From an uncultured delta proteobacterium (GTDB taxonomy: Bacteria; Myxococcota; Myxococcia; Myxococcales; Myxococcaceae): DNA of 64,000 bases. The notes under the pieces were generated by a model. It did not search any database and was not told the DNA's origin. It saw only the letters and a program-made list of their open reading frames with translations. The stretch is taken from contig CAVZMH010000016.1 in the NCBI GenBank assembly GCA_963776345.1, positions 640,001 to 704,000 on the forward strand, in the 5' to 3' direction. Positions 36,368 to 49,348 of this stretch are shown here, piece by piece (position 1 is the first letter of the stretch; every line of letters starts with the position of its first letter). The translations under genes and the position numbers were made by a program.

Positions 36368-37804
36368 ATGGACGCACTGCCCGAGACACTCCGCTCCGCC
36401 TACGACCCCGAGCGCTTCCGCCGCGACGGCCACGCGCTCGTCGACCAGCTGGCCGACTACCTCCGCGCCGCGACCGCCGGCACCCTCCCAGTCCTCCCCT
36501 GGGTCGAGCCCGAGACCGCGCTCGGCCGGTGGCCCGACACGCTGCCCGAGCAGCCCGGCCCCTCGCTGGCCGAATTCATGACCCGGGTGCTCGCCGAGTC
36601 CAACCACCTCCACCATCCGAGGTACGTGGGGCACCAGGTCACCGCGCCGCTGCCCTCCTCGGCGCTGGTCCACCTCGTCTCGGCGCTCCTGAACAACGGC
36701 ACCGCGGTCTACGAGATGGGCCCGGTGTCCTCGCCCCTCGAGCGACGGGCGCTCACCTGGATGGCGCAGAAGGCGGGCCTCCCGGCCGGCGCCGACGGGG
36801 TGCTGACCTCGGGCGGCTCGCTGGGGAACCTGACCGCTCTGCTCGCCGCGCGGCAGGCCGTCACCGGACGCGACGTCTGGGACGAGGGGCTCGCCGGCGG
36901 GCGTCCGCTGGCCATCCTCGCCCCGGACGAGACCCACTACTGCATCCGGCGCGCGGCGCAGATCCTCGGCCTCGGCAAGGGCGGCATCGTCCCCATCCCG
37001 GTGGACGACCGGTTCCGGCTACGCCCCGAGGCTCTGCCCGACGCCTTCGCCGCCGCCGAGCGGGCCGGTCGGCAGGTCTTCGCGGTGGTGGCCAGCGCGG
37101 GCTCCACCTCGACCGGGGCGTTCGACCCGCTCGAGCCGGTGGCCGAGTTCTGCCGGGCGCGCGGCCTCTGGTTCCACGTGGACGGAGCCCACGGCGCCTC
37201 GGCGGTGCTCTCCCCGAAGTACGCCAGCCTCGCCGCCGGGATCGGCCGGGCGGACTCGCTGGTCTGGGACGCGCACAAGATGATGCTGGTCCCGGCGCTC
37301 CTGACGGCGGTGCTCTTCCGCGACGCCCGGAGCTCGTACCAGGCCTTCTCCCAGCGGGCCGACTACCTGTTCCGCGAGCACGCCGAGGGGGAGTGGTGGA
37401 CCTCCGGGCTCCGCACCGTCGAGTGCACCAAGCGGATGATGGGCGTCGAGCTGTGGGGCGCCCTGGCCATGCACGGGACCCGGATGTTCTCCGAGTACGT
37501 GACCCGGATGTTCGACCTGGGGCGCACCTTCGCGGCGATGATCGAGGACGCGGACGACTTCGAGCTGGCGGTGGAGCCGGACTGCAACATCGTCTGCTTC
37601 CGTCACGTCCCCGGGGACTTCGAGGAGCTCGATGCGCACCAGGACGCCGTGCGCGCGCGACTGCTGGCCGAGGGCAGCTTCTACCTGGTCCGGACGCGGC
37701 TGCGCGGCCGGGTCTACCTCCGGGTCACGCTCATCAATCCGCTGACCTCCGAGCACGATCTCGAGGAGCTCCTCGTGGCGATCCGCCGGGTCGCGCCGGC
37801 CTGA
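36368..37804 (+). CDS. Group II PLP-dependent amino acid decarboxylase
   Basis: HHPRYVGHQ, TSGGSLGNLTAL, HVDGAHG, WDAHK. Confidence 0.88.
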   Translation: MDALPETLRSAYDPERFRRDGHALVDQLADYLRAATAGTLPVLPWVEPETALGRWPDTLPEQPGPSLAEFMTRVLAESNHLHHPRYVGHQVTAPLPSSALVHLVSALLNNGTAVYEMGPVSSPLERRALTWMAQKAGLPAGADGVLTSGGSLGNLTALLAARQAVTGRDVWDEGLAGGRPLAILAPDETHYCIRRAAQILGLGKGGIVPIPVDDRFRLRPEALPDAFAAAERAGRQVFAVVASAGSTSTGAFDPLEPVAEFCRARGLWFHVDGAHGASAVLSPKYASLAAGIGRADSLVWDAHKMMLVPALLTAVLFRDARSSYQAFSQRADYLFREHAEGEWWTSGLRTVECTKRMMGVELWGALAMHGTRMFSEYVTRMFDLGRTFAAMIEDADDFELAVEPDCNIVCFRHVPGDFEELDAHQDAVRARLLAEGSFYLVRTRLRGRVYLRVTLINPLTSEHDLEELLVAIRRVAPA

Positions 37805-37978
37805 ACGGGTCGAGCCCGGCGTCCTCCGAGGAGTCCGTGCCGCCGCCGGGCGCAGCGTCCCGATCCTGGGAATGCGGGAACGTGCTCGACCGCGCTAGAC
37901 CTCCCGAACCCTGGGCCGCAATGCCGCCAGGGGGCGGGCGTGGCTCTTGCACAAATGCCCGACACGGAGGAGCGCGGC

Positions 37979-40468
37979 ATGGGCCAGAAGGCAGCTCGGA
38001 GCGGAGACGCGAACAGGCCCGTGCCCGGCGCCGTCCTCTCCGGTCTGGGTCGCGACGTCGGATACGCGCTCCGGCAGCTGCAGCGCGCGCCCGGGTTCAC
38101 CGCGGCGGCCGCGGCCACGCTGGCCCTGGGCATCGGCGCGACCAGCGCCATCTTCAGCCTGGTCTGGGCGGTGGTGCTCAAGCCGCTCCCGGGGGTGGAC
38201 CCCGAGCGAACGGTGACCGTCGAGTCCATCTTCAACGGCCAGCCGGGAGGCGTCTCCGCCGGAAACTTCGCCGACTGGCGAGCGCGCGCGACGCAGCTCG
38301 ACCGCCTCGCCGCGGTGGACGGCGCGAGCTTCAACCTGAGCGAGGCGGGGCCCCCCGAGCGCGTCTCGGCCTCCCGGGTCTCGTCCGGCTTCTTCGACGT
38401 CTTCCGGACCGCGCCGCGCCTGGGGCGAACGTTCGCCGCCGCCGAGGACGCGCCGGGGCAGGACCGGGTGGTGGTCCTCGGCGAGGGGCTCTGGCGACGG
38501 CGGTTCGGCGGAGATCCGGGCGTGCTCGGGCGCGGCATCCGCCTGGGCGGCGAGTCGTACACCGTCGTCGGGGTGATGCCGGCCGGGTTCGATCCGCTCC
38601 TGGATCACGCCCAGCTCTGGGTCCCGCTCGCCCTGACGCTGGAGCAGCGCGCCACCCACGACGAGCACTACCTCCAGGTGTTTGGAACCTTGCGCGCCGG
38701 CGCCACGCGGGCCCGGGCGCAGGCCGAGATGGAGTCGATCAGCCGGGAGCTGACGCGGGAGTATCCGCAGAACAACTTCGGGCGCACCGCGCGCGTGACG
38801 CCGGTGGGCGCCTTCCTCGTCGGCGACACCGCCCAGCAGCTCTGGGTCCTCCTCGGGGCCGTGCTGCTGGTCCTGGTGATCGCCTGCCTCAACGTGGGCA
38901 ACCTCCTGCTGGCCAGGGGGACGGCACGGACCAGAGAGCTCGCGGTCCGAGCCGCCCTGGGCGCCGGAGGCCGTCGCATCGTTCGACAGCTGCTGACCGA
39001 GAGCGTGGTCCTGGGGCTCCTCGGCGGGGTCCTCGGGGTGATCCTCGCGGCGCTCCTCGTTCAGGCGCTCCGCGCCTCGGCGCCCCCGGACGTTCCCCGG
39101 CTGGGCGAGGCGGCGCTGGACGGAGTCGTGCTCGCCTTCGCCCTGGTCCTCACCCTCGGGAGCAGCCTGCTCTTCGGCGTGGTCCCGGCACTCCGCGCCG
39201 CGAGGACGGACCTCCACGGGGCGCTGCAACGCGCGGCGGCGGCCCAGTCCGGCGGAGGACGCGACCGGCTCCGGGGCGGGCTCATCGTGGTCGAGGTGGC
39301 GCTGGCCTCCACCCTCCTGGTGGGGGCGGGCCTCCTGGTGCGGACGGCGCTCTACCTCGGAACGGTGGAGCCCGGATTCCGCGCGCACGGGCTCCTCAGC
39401 GCGCGGCTCTCGCTCCCGCGCGGGCTCCATGACGGGCCGGAGGCCGTGGGCGCCGCCTTCTCGCGGGTCGTCGACTCGCTCCACGCGATGCCCGGGGTGG
39501 AAGCCGCCGCGGTGGTGACGCAGATCCCGCTCGGGTCCGGCCAGTCGAGCAACGGGCTCATCCCGGAGGGCAAGTCGTTCGACCCCGGGAACCGCATCGA
39601 CTCCCTGCTGAGAGTGACGACCCCCGGCTATCTCCAGGCGATGGGGCTCCGCCTGCTCCAGGGGCGCTTCATCACCTCGACCGACGTGGCCGGCTCCGAG
39701 CGGGTGATGGTCATCTCCCGCGCCCTGGCCCGGGCCGCCTTCCCGGGCCAGGACCCCATCGGCAAGCGCATCGACTGCTGCGAGGGGGGGCCGACGCACA
39801 TCGTCTGGAAGACCGTGGTGGGCGTCGTGGAGGACGTGCGCTCCGAAGGCCCCGCGGGCCAGGTCTACCCGGAGTTCTACCTGCCCCTCACGCAGGCCCC
39901 GCCCGAGTCGTGGCGCTGGAACCAGCAGTCGATGAGCCTGGTGGCGCGGAGCCGGGAGGGCGACGCCAGCCGGCTCGTCCCGGTGATGCGCGCCGCCGTC
40001 GCCCAGTTGGACCCGTCGCTACCGCTCTACGACGTGGCCACGATGGAGACGCGGCTCCACGACTCGACCGCGGTGTACCGGTTGCTGCTCCGGCTGCTCG
40101 GCGCGCTGGGCGTCAGCGGGCTGCTGCTCGCCGCGATCGGAGTCTACGGAGTGGTGGCCTACGCCGTGGCGCAGCGCCGGCGGGAGATCGGCATCCGGAT
40201 GGCGCTCGGAGCCACCGCGCGCGAGGTGCTGGGGCTGACCGCCCGGACGGGCCTCGGTCCGGTCGCGGTGGGGCTCGGGCTCGGGCTCCTGCTCTCGGTG
40301 GGGCTCGGGCGTGCGCTCGCGGGCGTCGTCCGCGGGGTCGGGACCACCGACCTGCTCACGCTCGGGTGCGTCGCCGTCCTGCTCCTCGCCGCCTCGGTCA
40401 CGGCCGTGGTCGTGCCGTCCCGGCGCGCCGCGCGCGTGCAGCCGCTCGAGGCGCTCGCCTCGGACTGA
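37979..40468 (+). CDS. Duplicated MacB/FtsX-type ABC permease (ADOP-like)
   Basis: DVGYALRQL..APGFT...TLALGIGA, NVGNLLLAR...R.RE.AVR.ALGA, QRRREIGIRMALGA. Start uncertain (37940-37979). Confidence 0.88.
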   Translation: MGQKAARSGDANRPVPGAVLSGLGRDVGYALRQLQRAPGFTAAAAATLALGIGATSAIFSLVWAVVLKPLPGVDPERTVTVESIFNGQPGGVSAGNFADWRARATQLDRLAAVDGASFNLSEAGPPERVSASRVSSGFFDVFRTAPRLGRTFAAAEDAPGQDRVVVLGEGLWRRRFGGDPGVLGRGIRLGGESYTVVGVMPAGFDPLLDHAQLWVPLALTLEQRATHDEHYLQVFGTLRAGATRARAQAEMESISRELTREYPQNNFGRTARVTPVGAFLVGDTAQQLWVLLGAVLLVLVIACLNVGNLLLARGTARTRELAVRAALGAGGRRIVRQLLTESVVLGLLGGVLGVILAALLVQALRASAPPDVPRLGEAALDGVVLAFALVLTLGSSLLFGVVPALRAARTDLHGALQRAAAAQSGGGRDRLRGGLIVVEVALASTLLVGAGLLVRTALYLGTVEPGFRAHGLLSARLSLPRGLHDGPEAVGAAFSRVVDSLHAMPGVEAAAVVTQIPLGSGQSSNGLIPEGKSFDPGNRIDSLLRVTTPGYLQAMGLRLLQGRFITSTDVAGSERVMVISRALARAAFPGQDPIGKRIDCCEGGPTHIVWKTVVGVVEDVRSEGPAGQVYPEFYLPLTQAPPESWRWNQQSMSLVARSREGDASRLVPVMRAAVAQLDPSLPLYDVATMETRLHDSTAVYRLLLRLLGALGVSGLLLAAIGVYGVVAYAVAQRRREIGIRMALGATAREVLGLTARTGLGPVAVGLGLGLLLSVGLGRALAGVVRGVGTTDLLTLGCVAVLLLAASVTAVVVPSRRAARVQPLEALASD

Positions 40469-40625
40469 CGCTCCGGGACCGGCCGCTCGAGAGCCCGTGT
40501 GACCGGCGCCGGCGGCGTGTCAGACCCCCGCGCGATGTTCGATCCCCTGCTTCCGGATCCCCGGAGGCCGGTGAAGCTCGACGAGGTCACGCCATGGCCG
40601 TGCAGCGCAGGGGAGACACGGTGCA

Positions 40626-40673
40626 CCTCAATCTATTGAGCGTCGGCGTAACGAGCCCCCCTACAGGTTGAGC
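40626..40673. promoter_or_regulatory. Tandem NrdR boxes
   Basis: CCTCAATCTATTGAGC (40626-41) and CCCCTACAGGTTGAGC (40658-73) lie 32 bp apart. Both match the CWAtATaTWG core and are upstream of nrdJ. Confidence 0.75.
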
Positions 40674-40691
40674 TTTCTGGCGGTCAGGCGC

Positions 40692-40720
40692 TTGACAGCC
40701 TGCCCGCTCCGCGGTTTCAT
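40692..40720 (+). promoter_or_regulatory. Putative sigma70 promoter of nrdJ
   Basis: TTGACA (40692-97), 17 nt, TTTCAT (40715-20). Confidence 0.5.
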
Positions 40721-40882
40721 CCATTTCACGCACGGCGGCGCCTCGAAGCGCTGAAAAAGAGAACGAGAAGTCGGTCTCGCCGCCGGTCCTGTTCCCCCAC
40801 ATTCCGCACTGCCTCCGGGCGTCCCGTCGCGGGCGATCGGCCGGATCCGTGCGCCCAGAACCGTTAGATTTCAGGAGAGTCC

Positions 40883-43672
<2,790 letters not shown>

Positions 43673-43721
43673 ACCGAGAGCGCTGCCGGCACGCCCCGGC
43701 ATGGAGTAGGAGGCCGGTCCG

Positions 43722-45509
43722 ATGACTCTCCGGACCGGCCTCTTCTCGTTGCTGCTCCTCGGCTCCGCCGGAGCGGCCCCCACGGCTCCACGGCCCTCGG
43801 GCGCGCTGGCCACGCTGCTGGCCGAGGACTGGGAGTACCACCTCTCGCGGAGCCCGACGTACGCGTCGATCCTCGGCGATCGCCGCTGGAACGACCGGTG
43901 GGACGACCTGTCGGCGGAGGCCCTCGAGGGGGACCACCGGCACGACGTCGCCTTCTTGGAGAAGCTCGCGAAGCTGACCAAGGGCAAGCTCTCCGACGCC
44001 GATCGGCTCAACGCCGAGCTCATTGGCCGGGACCACCGGGAGCTCGTCGAGGCATATGCGCTCGGGCTGCGGTTCCTCCCGCTGAACCACCTCCGCGGGC
44101 TGCCCGAGGGCACGGGCGAGTTCCCCGGGGTGCAGAACGCGGGGCAGCTCGGGAAGCAGCTCCGCTTCACCACGCTCGAGGACTACCGCGACTGGGTGGC
44201 CCGGCTGGACGGCTTCGGCGCGTACGTCGACCAGACCATTGCCCTTCTGCACGAGGGCGTCCGGCGGAAGATGGTGCACCCGCGGGTGGTGCTGGAGCGC
44301 ATCCCTCTGCAGCTCGACGCCCTCATCGCCGCCGCGCCGGCGGCGACGCCCTTCTACGCGCCGTTCACCCGGATGCCGGAGTCGCTCCCCGAGGCCGAGC
44401 GCAAGACGCTCGCCCAGACCGCCGAGCGGATCATCCGCGAGCGGGTCCAGCCGGCCTACCGACGGCTCCGCGACTTCGTCGTCGCGACCTACCTGCCGGC
44501 GGCGCCGGTCGAGGTCGGGGTCGGGCGCTGGCCGGACGGAGAGCGCCTCTACGCCTGGTGGGCGCGGCACTACACCACGACGGACATCACGCCGGAGCAG
44601 GCGCACCAGCTGGGCATCTCCGAGGTGGCGCGCATCCGGGCCGAGATGGAGGCGGTGAAGGCGCGGGCGGGGTTCAAGGGGACGCTGGCCGAGTACTTCC
44701 AGCGCCTCCGGACCGACCCGCGCTACTTCTTCAAGACGGCCGACGAGCTGCTGCTCCACTCGCGCGACCTCGCCAAGCGCATCGACCCGCGGCTGGTCCG
44801 GCTGTTCGGGACGCTGCCCCGCGCCCCGTACGGCGTCGAGCCCACCCCGGCGGCGATGGCCCCGGACGCGACCGCCGGCTTCTACTACCCGGGCGCGGAG
44901 GACGGCTCGCGAGCCGGCACCTACTGGGTGAACACCTACCGGCCCGAGACGCGCCCCCGGTGGGAGATGGTGCCGCTCACCCTGCACGAGGCGGTCCCCG
45001 GGCACCACCTCCAGGTCTCGCTCGCGGCCGAACAACAAGACTTGCCCGCCTTCCGCCGCCACCGCTACGACGTCGCGTTCGGCGAGGGATGGGGGCTCTA
45101 CTCCGAGGGGCTGGCCGACGAGCTGGGGCTGGTGGACGACCCGGCGGACAAGGCCGGGCAGCTGACCTACGAGATGTGGCGCGCGGTCCGGCTGGTGGTC
45201 GACACCGGGATGCACGTGAAGGGCTGGAGCCGCGCCCGGGCCATCCAGTACTTCCTGGAGAACACTCCGCGGCAAGATCTCGACGTCACCAACGAGGTGG
45301 ACCGGTACATCGCCTACCCGGGGCAGGCGCTGGCCTACAAGGTGGGCCAGCTCAAGCTGCGCGAGCTCCGGGCGCGGGCGGAGAAAGCGCTCGGCCCGCG
45401 GTTCGACGTCCGCGCCTTCCACGACGCGGTGCTGCTCCAGGGCTCGCTGCCGCTTGACGTGCTCGAGCGGCGCATCGACGCCTGGATCTCCTCGCAGAAG
45501 CCGCACTGA
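43722..45509 (+). CDS. DUF885 family secreted protein (metallopeptidase-like)
   Basis: Signal peptide; HEAVPGHH, EGWGLYSE, RAVRLVVDTG.H, EVDRY...PGQALAYK. Confidence 0.88.
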   Translation: MTLRTGLFSLLLLGSAGAAPTAPRPSGALATLLAEDWEYHLSRSPTYASILGDRRWNDRWDDLSAEALEGDHRHDVAFLEKLAKLTKGKLSDADRLNAELIGRDHRELVEAYALGLRFLPLNHLRGLPEGTGEFPGVQNAGQLGKQLRFTTLEDYRDWVARLDGFGAYVDQTIALLHEGVRRKMVHPRVVLERIPLQLDALIAAAPAATPFYAPFTRMPESLPEAERKTLAQTAERIIRERVQPAYRRLRDFVVATYLPAAPVEVGVGRWPDGERLYAWWARHYTTTDITPEQAHQLGISEVARIRAEMEAVKARAGFKGTLAEYFQRLRTDPRYFFKTADELLLHSRDLAKRIDPRLVRLFGTLPRAPYGVEPTPAAMAPDATAGFYYPGAEDGSRAGTYWVNTYRPETRPRWEMVPLTLHEAVPGHHLQVSLAAEQQDLPAFRRHRYDVAFGEGWGLYSEGLADELGLVDDPADKAGQLTYEMWRAVRLVVDTGMHVKGWSRARAIQYFLENTPRQDLDVTNEVDRYIAYPGQALAYKVGQLKLRELRARAEKALGPRFDVRAFHDAVLLQGSLPLDVLERRIDAWISSQKPH

Positions 45510-45627
45510 ACGGGCGCCCGTCCCGTTCCCGGCCACTGCCGCCGGCCACCCCTCCCCCGCCCGCGGCGGCCTTCGGGCGTGTCTCGCTGTGGTAGGACCC
45601 GCGCTGCCGGCGCCTCTCGCCGGCGAG

Positions 45628-46800
45628 ATGCGTCGAGCATGCAAGCCCCTCCTGGCAGCGCGGCGCGCGTGCTGCCTGCTTCTCCTGGCGGGGTGCGCCG
45701 CGGTGGAGCCGCGCTCCGTCTCCCCCGACCTCGGTGAGCCGCTCTTCGAGCCCGGCTGGTTCCTCCGCGGCCCCTTCGCTCTCGAGCCCGCGCTCTGCTC
45801 CCTGGCGACCGTGGGCCTCGACGTGACGGTGCTCCCGGCCGAGCTGTCTCCGCCCCGACACCCCCGTGGGCTCGAGGAGGCCTGCCGGGCGGCGGCCGAG
45901 CCGATCGCGCCCTCGTCGACGGGGAGCCGCGGGGAGTGGGTCCGGCTGGAGGCAGCGGCAGCCTGGGCCGCGGATCCGCTCCGGATGGAGGCGCGGCAGA
46001 CCGAGGTGCTCGCGGTGATCCACCGGGCGCCCGAGGCCAGGGGCATCGCCATCCTCTTCGCCGGTCTGGCGATGCCGGCGGACAGCGAGGTGATGCGGCG
46101 CTTCGCCGACGCCTTCGCCCGACGAGGCTGGCTCGCCGCGGTGGTCCTCCGGGACGATTCGATCTCCGGGTTCGACCCCCGGTGGGAGGCGCACCGCGGG
46201 CTGGCGCTGGCGCGAGAGCTCGGGCGGGTATGCACGCCGGGCCGGGAGCCGCCGCTCGCCTTCCTCGGGCTCTCGATGGGCGGCCTCGAGGCGCTGCTCG
46301 CCGCACGCGACGCCCCGGCGAGCACCGAGCGCGCCGAGGCCCGGGCCGTGGTCCTGGACCCGGTGCTGGACTCCGCCCTGGTGGCCGCCCACCTCGACGG
46401 CGCGTTCCACGACGTCTCCACCGACGCGATGCAGACCTACTTCCAGCGCATCATGGCCGGCCGTTACCGGGTGGCTCCCGTTCGCTTCGCCGAGGCAATC
46501 ATCCGCGCTCCCCCGACGGGACAGATGACCACTCCGGGGAAGGACGAGCCCTCGACCTGGCTCTGCCAGGGGCCCGTGGACCGCTACGCCGTCTTCCTCT
46601 CCCGGACCGACCCCGTGCTGGGAGATGCCCAGCGCGCCGGACTCGAGGCCCAGGGCTTCCGCTTCCGGCGGACGGAGGCGGCCGGCCACATCCCGCTCGC
46701 CTGCGACCTCTCGCTGTTCGAGACCATGGTGGACGCCGCCACCGGGGCGCTCCCCCCGGGCACCCCGCGCTGCGGCGGCGCGAGCCGGCCGCCGGGCTGA
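45628..46800 (+). CDS. Hypothetical lipoprotein, alpha/beta-hydrolase-like
   Basis: Lipobox LLLAGC, nucleophile elbow GLSMGG, late D (TDPV) and GH. Confidence 0.55.
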   Translation: MRRACKPLLAARRACCLLLLAGCAAVEPRSVSPDLGEPLFEPGWFLRGPFALEPALCSLATVGLDVTVLPAELSPPRHPRGLEEACRAAAEPIAPSSTGSRGEWVRLEAAAAWAADPLRMEARQTEVLAVIHRAPEARGIAILFAGLAMPADSEVMRRFADAFARRGWLAAVVLRDDSISGFDPRWEAHRGLALARELGRVCTPGREPPLAFLGLSMGGLEALLAARDAPASTERAEARAVVLDPVLDSALVAAHLDGAFHDVSTDAMQTYFQRIMAGRYRVAPVRFAEAIIRAPPTGQMTTPGKDEPSTWLCQGPVDRYAVFLSRTDPVLGDAQRAGLEAQGFRFRRTEAAGHIPLACDLSLFETMVDAATGALPPGTPRCGGASRPPG

Positions 46801-46828
46801 CGGCCGCGGCAGTCGGCGCACGGGTGGT

Positions 46829-47314
46829 TCAGCGGGGCAGAGGATGCCCGAGGGAGCGGAACAGCTCGTCGAGCTCCACCCGGTGGCTCGCGTCGTGCTC
46901 GGCCATCAGCTCGGCCAGCCGCTGGACGGTGATGGTCCCGTGCTCGGCGAGCGTCGCGGTCCGGGCGAGCGCGGCGTCGTCGAGCCCCGAGAGGACGGCG
47001 AGGTTCCGGGCCCGGGCCTCGGCGAAGGCCTGCATCGCCGCCGCGAGGTCCTGGGCCGGGTAGGCCCGCCGCGCGGCCACGGCGCCTCCGTCGAAGTCGT
47101 CGAGCGACGGCCGGTCCTCGCGCAGCATCCGCCGGATCCGGAGCGTGTAGCCCTCCTCCTCCAGGTCGCGCAGGTGGCAGCCGTGCTCCACCAGCGAGAA
47201 CACGCCGGGCGACGGCTGGCGCGTCCACTCGGCCCGCGGAAGGCGCTCCGCGCACACCCGGAGGAAGCGGGGCATCGTTCCGAGCCGGTCGATCAGCGCA
47301 CCCGGGAGCATCAA
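46829..47314 (-). CDS. DinB family protein
   Basis: FSLVEHGCHLRDLE...HDASH metal triad. Confidence 0.82.
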   Translation of the reverse strand: MMLPGALIDRLGTMPRFLRVCAERLPRAEWTRQPSPGVFSLVEHGCHLRDLEEEGYTLRIRRMLREDRPSLDDFDGGAVAARRAYPAQDLAAAMQAFAEARARNLAVLSGLDDAALARTATLAEHGTITVQRLAELMAEHDASHRVELDELFRSLGHPLPR

Positions 47315-48003
47315 TCCTCCAGCGCCCGGTCCGCGGCGGCCAGGGCGTGCAGCGTCGTGGTGTCGAACACCGGGACCGGGACGTCGGGCCCGGAGAGCGC
47401 CATGGGGAGCTCGGTGCAGCCGAGGATGACGCCGCCCACGCCTCGGTCGACCAGCCGGAGGGCCATCTCCCGGACTGCGCGGCGGGAGGCCTCGGTGACC
47501 GTCCCGTGCACCAGCTCGTCGAAGATGATCCGGTGCAGCAGCTCCCGCTCCGCCGGGCCGGGGACCAGCGTCTCGACGCCGCGCGCCGCGAGCCGGTCCA
47601 CGTAGAACCCGTCCTCCATCGTGAAGCGAGTCGCGAGGAGGCCCACCCGGCGGACACCGGCCCGGGAGATGGCCGCCGCCGTGACGTCGACGAGGTGCAG
47701 GAAGGGGACGCCGACCGCGCGCTCGATCCTCGCGGCCACCCGGTGGAGCGTGTTGGTGCAGAGGACGATGAGCTCCGCCCCGCCGGCCTCGAGCCGCCCG
47801 GCTGCCCCGGCCAGGAGATCACCCGCCTCGTCCCATCGCCCGCTCCGCATCAGCGCCTCGACGTCCGCGAAGTCGACGCTGAAGAGGAGGAGCCGGGCGG
47901 AGTGGAAGCCGCCCAGGCGCTCGGCGATCCGCCGGTTGATGAGCTGGTAGTACGGCACCGTCGACTGCCAGCTCATCCCGCCGAGGAGGCCGAGCGTCTT
48001 CAC
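47311..48003 (-). CDS. PLP-independent amino acid racemase (YgeA/RacX type)
   Basis: GLLGGMSW.ST..YY, LCTNT.H, ILGCTE. GTG start overlaps the upstream TGA. Confidence 0.9.
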   Translation of the reverse strand: MKTLGLLGGMSWQSTVPYYQLINRRIAERLGGFHSARLLLFSVDFADVEALMRSGRWDEAGDLLAGAAGRLEAGGAELIVLCTNTLHRVAARIERAVGVPFLHLVDVTAAAISRAGVRRVGLLATRFTMEDGFYVDRLAARGVETLVPGPAERELLHRIIFDELVHGTVTEASRRAVREMALRLVDRGVGGVILGCTELPMALSGPDVPVPVFDTTTLHALAAADRALED

Positions 48004-48314
48004 CCGGCCTCCTCGGACCGCTTGAAGTGAGAGCTGCGGACGACCTCGGCCACGTCCATCTCGTAGAACTCGTACCACCGTTCCCGGCCGCGCCGCTGCG
48101 CCTCGAGGTGCCGGGGGTGCGTCTTCCAGCTCCGGAGCGACTCCTGGTCCCGGAACCAGACCAGCGTCAGCCGCTCGCCATCCGTCGCCCGGTAGGACTT
48201 GTGGGCCACGTACCCGGACTGCTCGTGGACCAGGCGCTCCAGCTCCGCGTCCAGGTCCTGGTAGTCCTGGCCGGCCGCGGGCGTGAGCCGGGAGCGGAAG
48301 ATGATGATCACCAT
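48000..48314 (-). CDS. ABM (antibiotic biosynthesis monooxygenase) family protein
   Basis: IFRSRL...W..HPRH.EAQRRGRERWY. Confidence 0.82.
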   Translation of the reverse strand: MVIIIFRSRLTPAAGQDYQDLDAELERLVHEQSGYVAHKSYRATDGERLTLVWFRDQESLRSWKTHPRHLEAQRRGRERWYEFYEMDVAEVVRSSHFKRSEEAG

Positions 48315-48421
48315 GCGGGGGATGGTAGCGAGACGCCCTCACCGGTCACAGGTACAGACCGGGCCCGCTCGGGCTGGATCGACCGCCATGGACCGCCCGG
48401 CCTGCGGGCGCCCGCCGACGC

Positions 48422-49348
48422 TCAGGCCTCGACCGTCTCCGCGACTCCTCCGAGCACCACGTGCTCCAGCAGGGCCTTCTGGACGTGCAGCCGGTTCTCC
48501 GCCTCCTCGAAGACGCGAGACTGCGGCCCCTCGAGCACCTCGGCGCTGATCTCCTCGCCCCGGTGCGCCGGAAGGCAGTGGAGCACCACCGCGCCGGGCC
48601 GGGCCCGGGCGAGCAGCGCGGCGTCCACGGTGAAGCCCTGGAAGGCCTTCAGCCGCGCGGCCGCCTCGGCCTCCTGCCCCATGCTGGTCCACACGTCGGT
48701 CACCACCACGTCGGCCCCGGCCACCGCCTCGCGCGGCTCCCCGGTGAGCACCAGATGCCGGCCGGCGGCCTCGACCTCCGCGGGCGGGGGGCGGAACGCC
48801 GGGGGGGACCCGAGCTGCAGCGTGAAGTCGAACAGTGGCGCGGCCTCCACGAACGACCGGGCCATGTTGCCCGAGCCGTCCCCCACGAAGGCGATGCGCC
48901 GCCCCGCGATCGCGCCGATCGCCTCCTCCACGGTGAAGAGGTCGGTGAGCACCTGCACCGGGTGTCCGCCGTCGGTCAGCCCGTTGATGACCGGGACCGA
49001 GCTCCAGCGCACGAACTCCTCGAGACGCGCGTCGGCCGTCGTCCGCATCACCACCACGTCGGAGTAGGAGGAGACGACCCGCGCGGTGTCGGAGAGCGGC
49101 TCGCCGCGGGCGAGCTGGCTGGTGCTCGCGCTCAGCTCGATGGCGTGGCCTCCGAGCTGGAAGGCGGCGGCGGCGAACGAGAGCCGGGTCCGGGTGCTGG
49201 CCTTCTCCATCAGGAGGACGACGGTCTTGCCCGCGAGCGAGTCCTCGAGGTGCCCCTCGCGCCGCCGGCGCTTGAGCTGCGCGGCGCGCGCGAACAGGCG
49301 GCGGATCTCCCCGCGGTCGAGGTCCGTCATCCGGAGGAAATGCCTCAT
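48422..49348 (-). CDS. argF: Ornithine carbamoyltransferase
   Basis: STRT, HPVQ, DVWTSMG (ornithine-type), HCLP. Confidence 0.95.
   Translation of the reverse strand: MRHFLRMTDLDRGEIRRLFARAAQLKRRRREGHLEDSLAGKTVVLLMEKASTRTRLSFAAAAFQLGGHAIELSASTSQLARGEPLSDTARVVSSYSDVVVMRTTADARLEEFVRWSSVPVINGLTDGGHPVQVLTDLFTVEEAIGAIAGRRIAFVGDGSGNMARSFVEAAPLFDFTLQLGSPPAFRPPPAEVEAAGRHLVLTGEPREAVAGADVVVTDVWTSMGQEAEAAARLKAFQGFTVDAALLARARPGAVVLHCLPAHRGEEISAEVLEGPQSRVFEEAENRLHVQKALLEHVVLGGVAETVEA

Noticed and set aside
40721..40882. Cobalamin riboswitch before nrdJ
   Set aside because: No recognisable B12-box or GGGAA...GCCACTG core.
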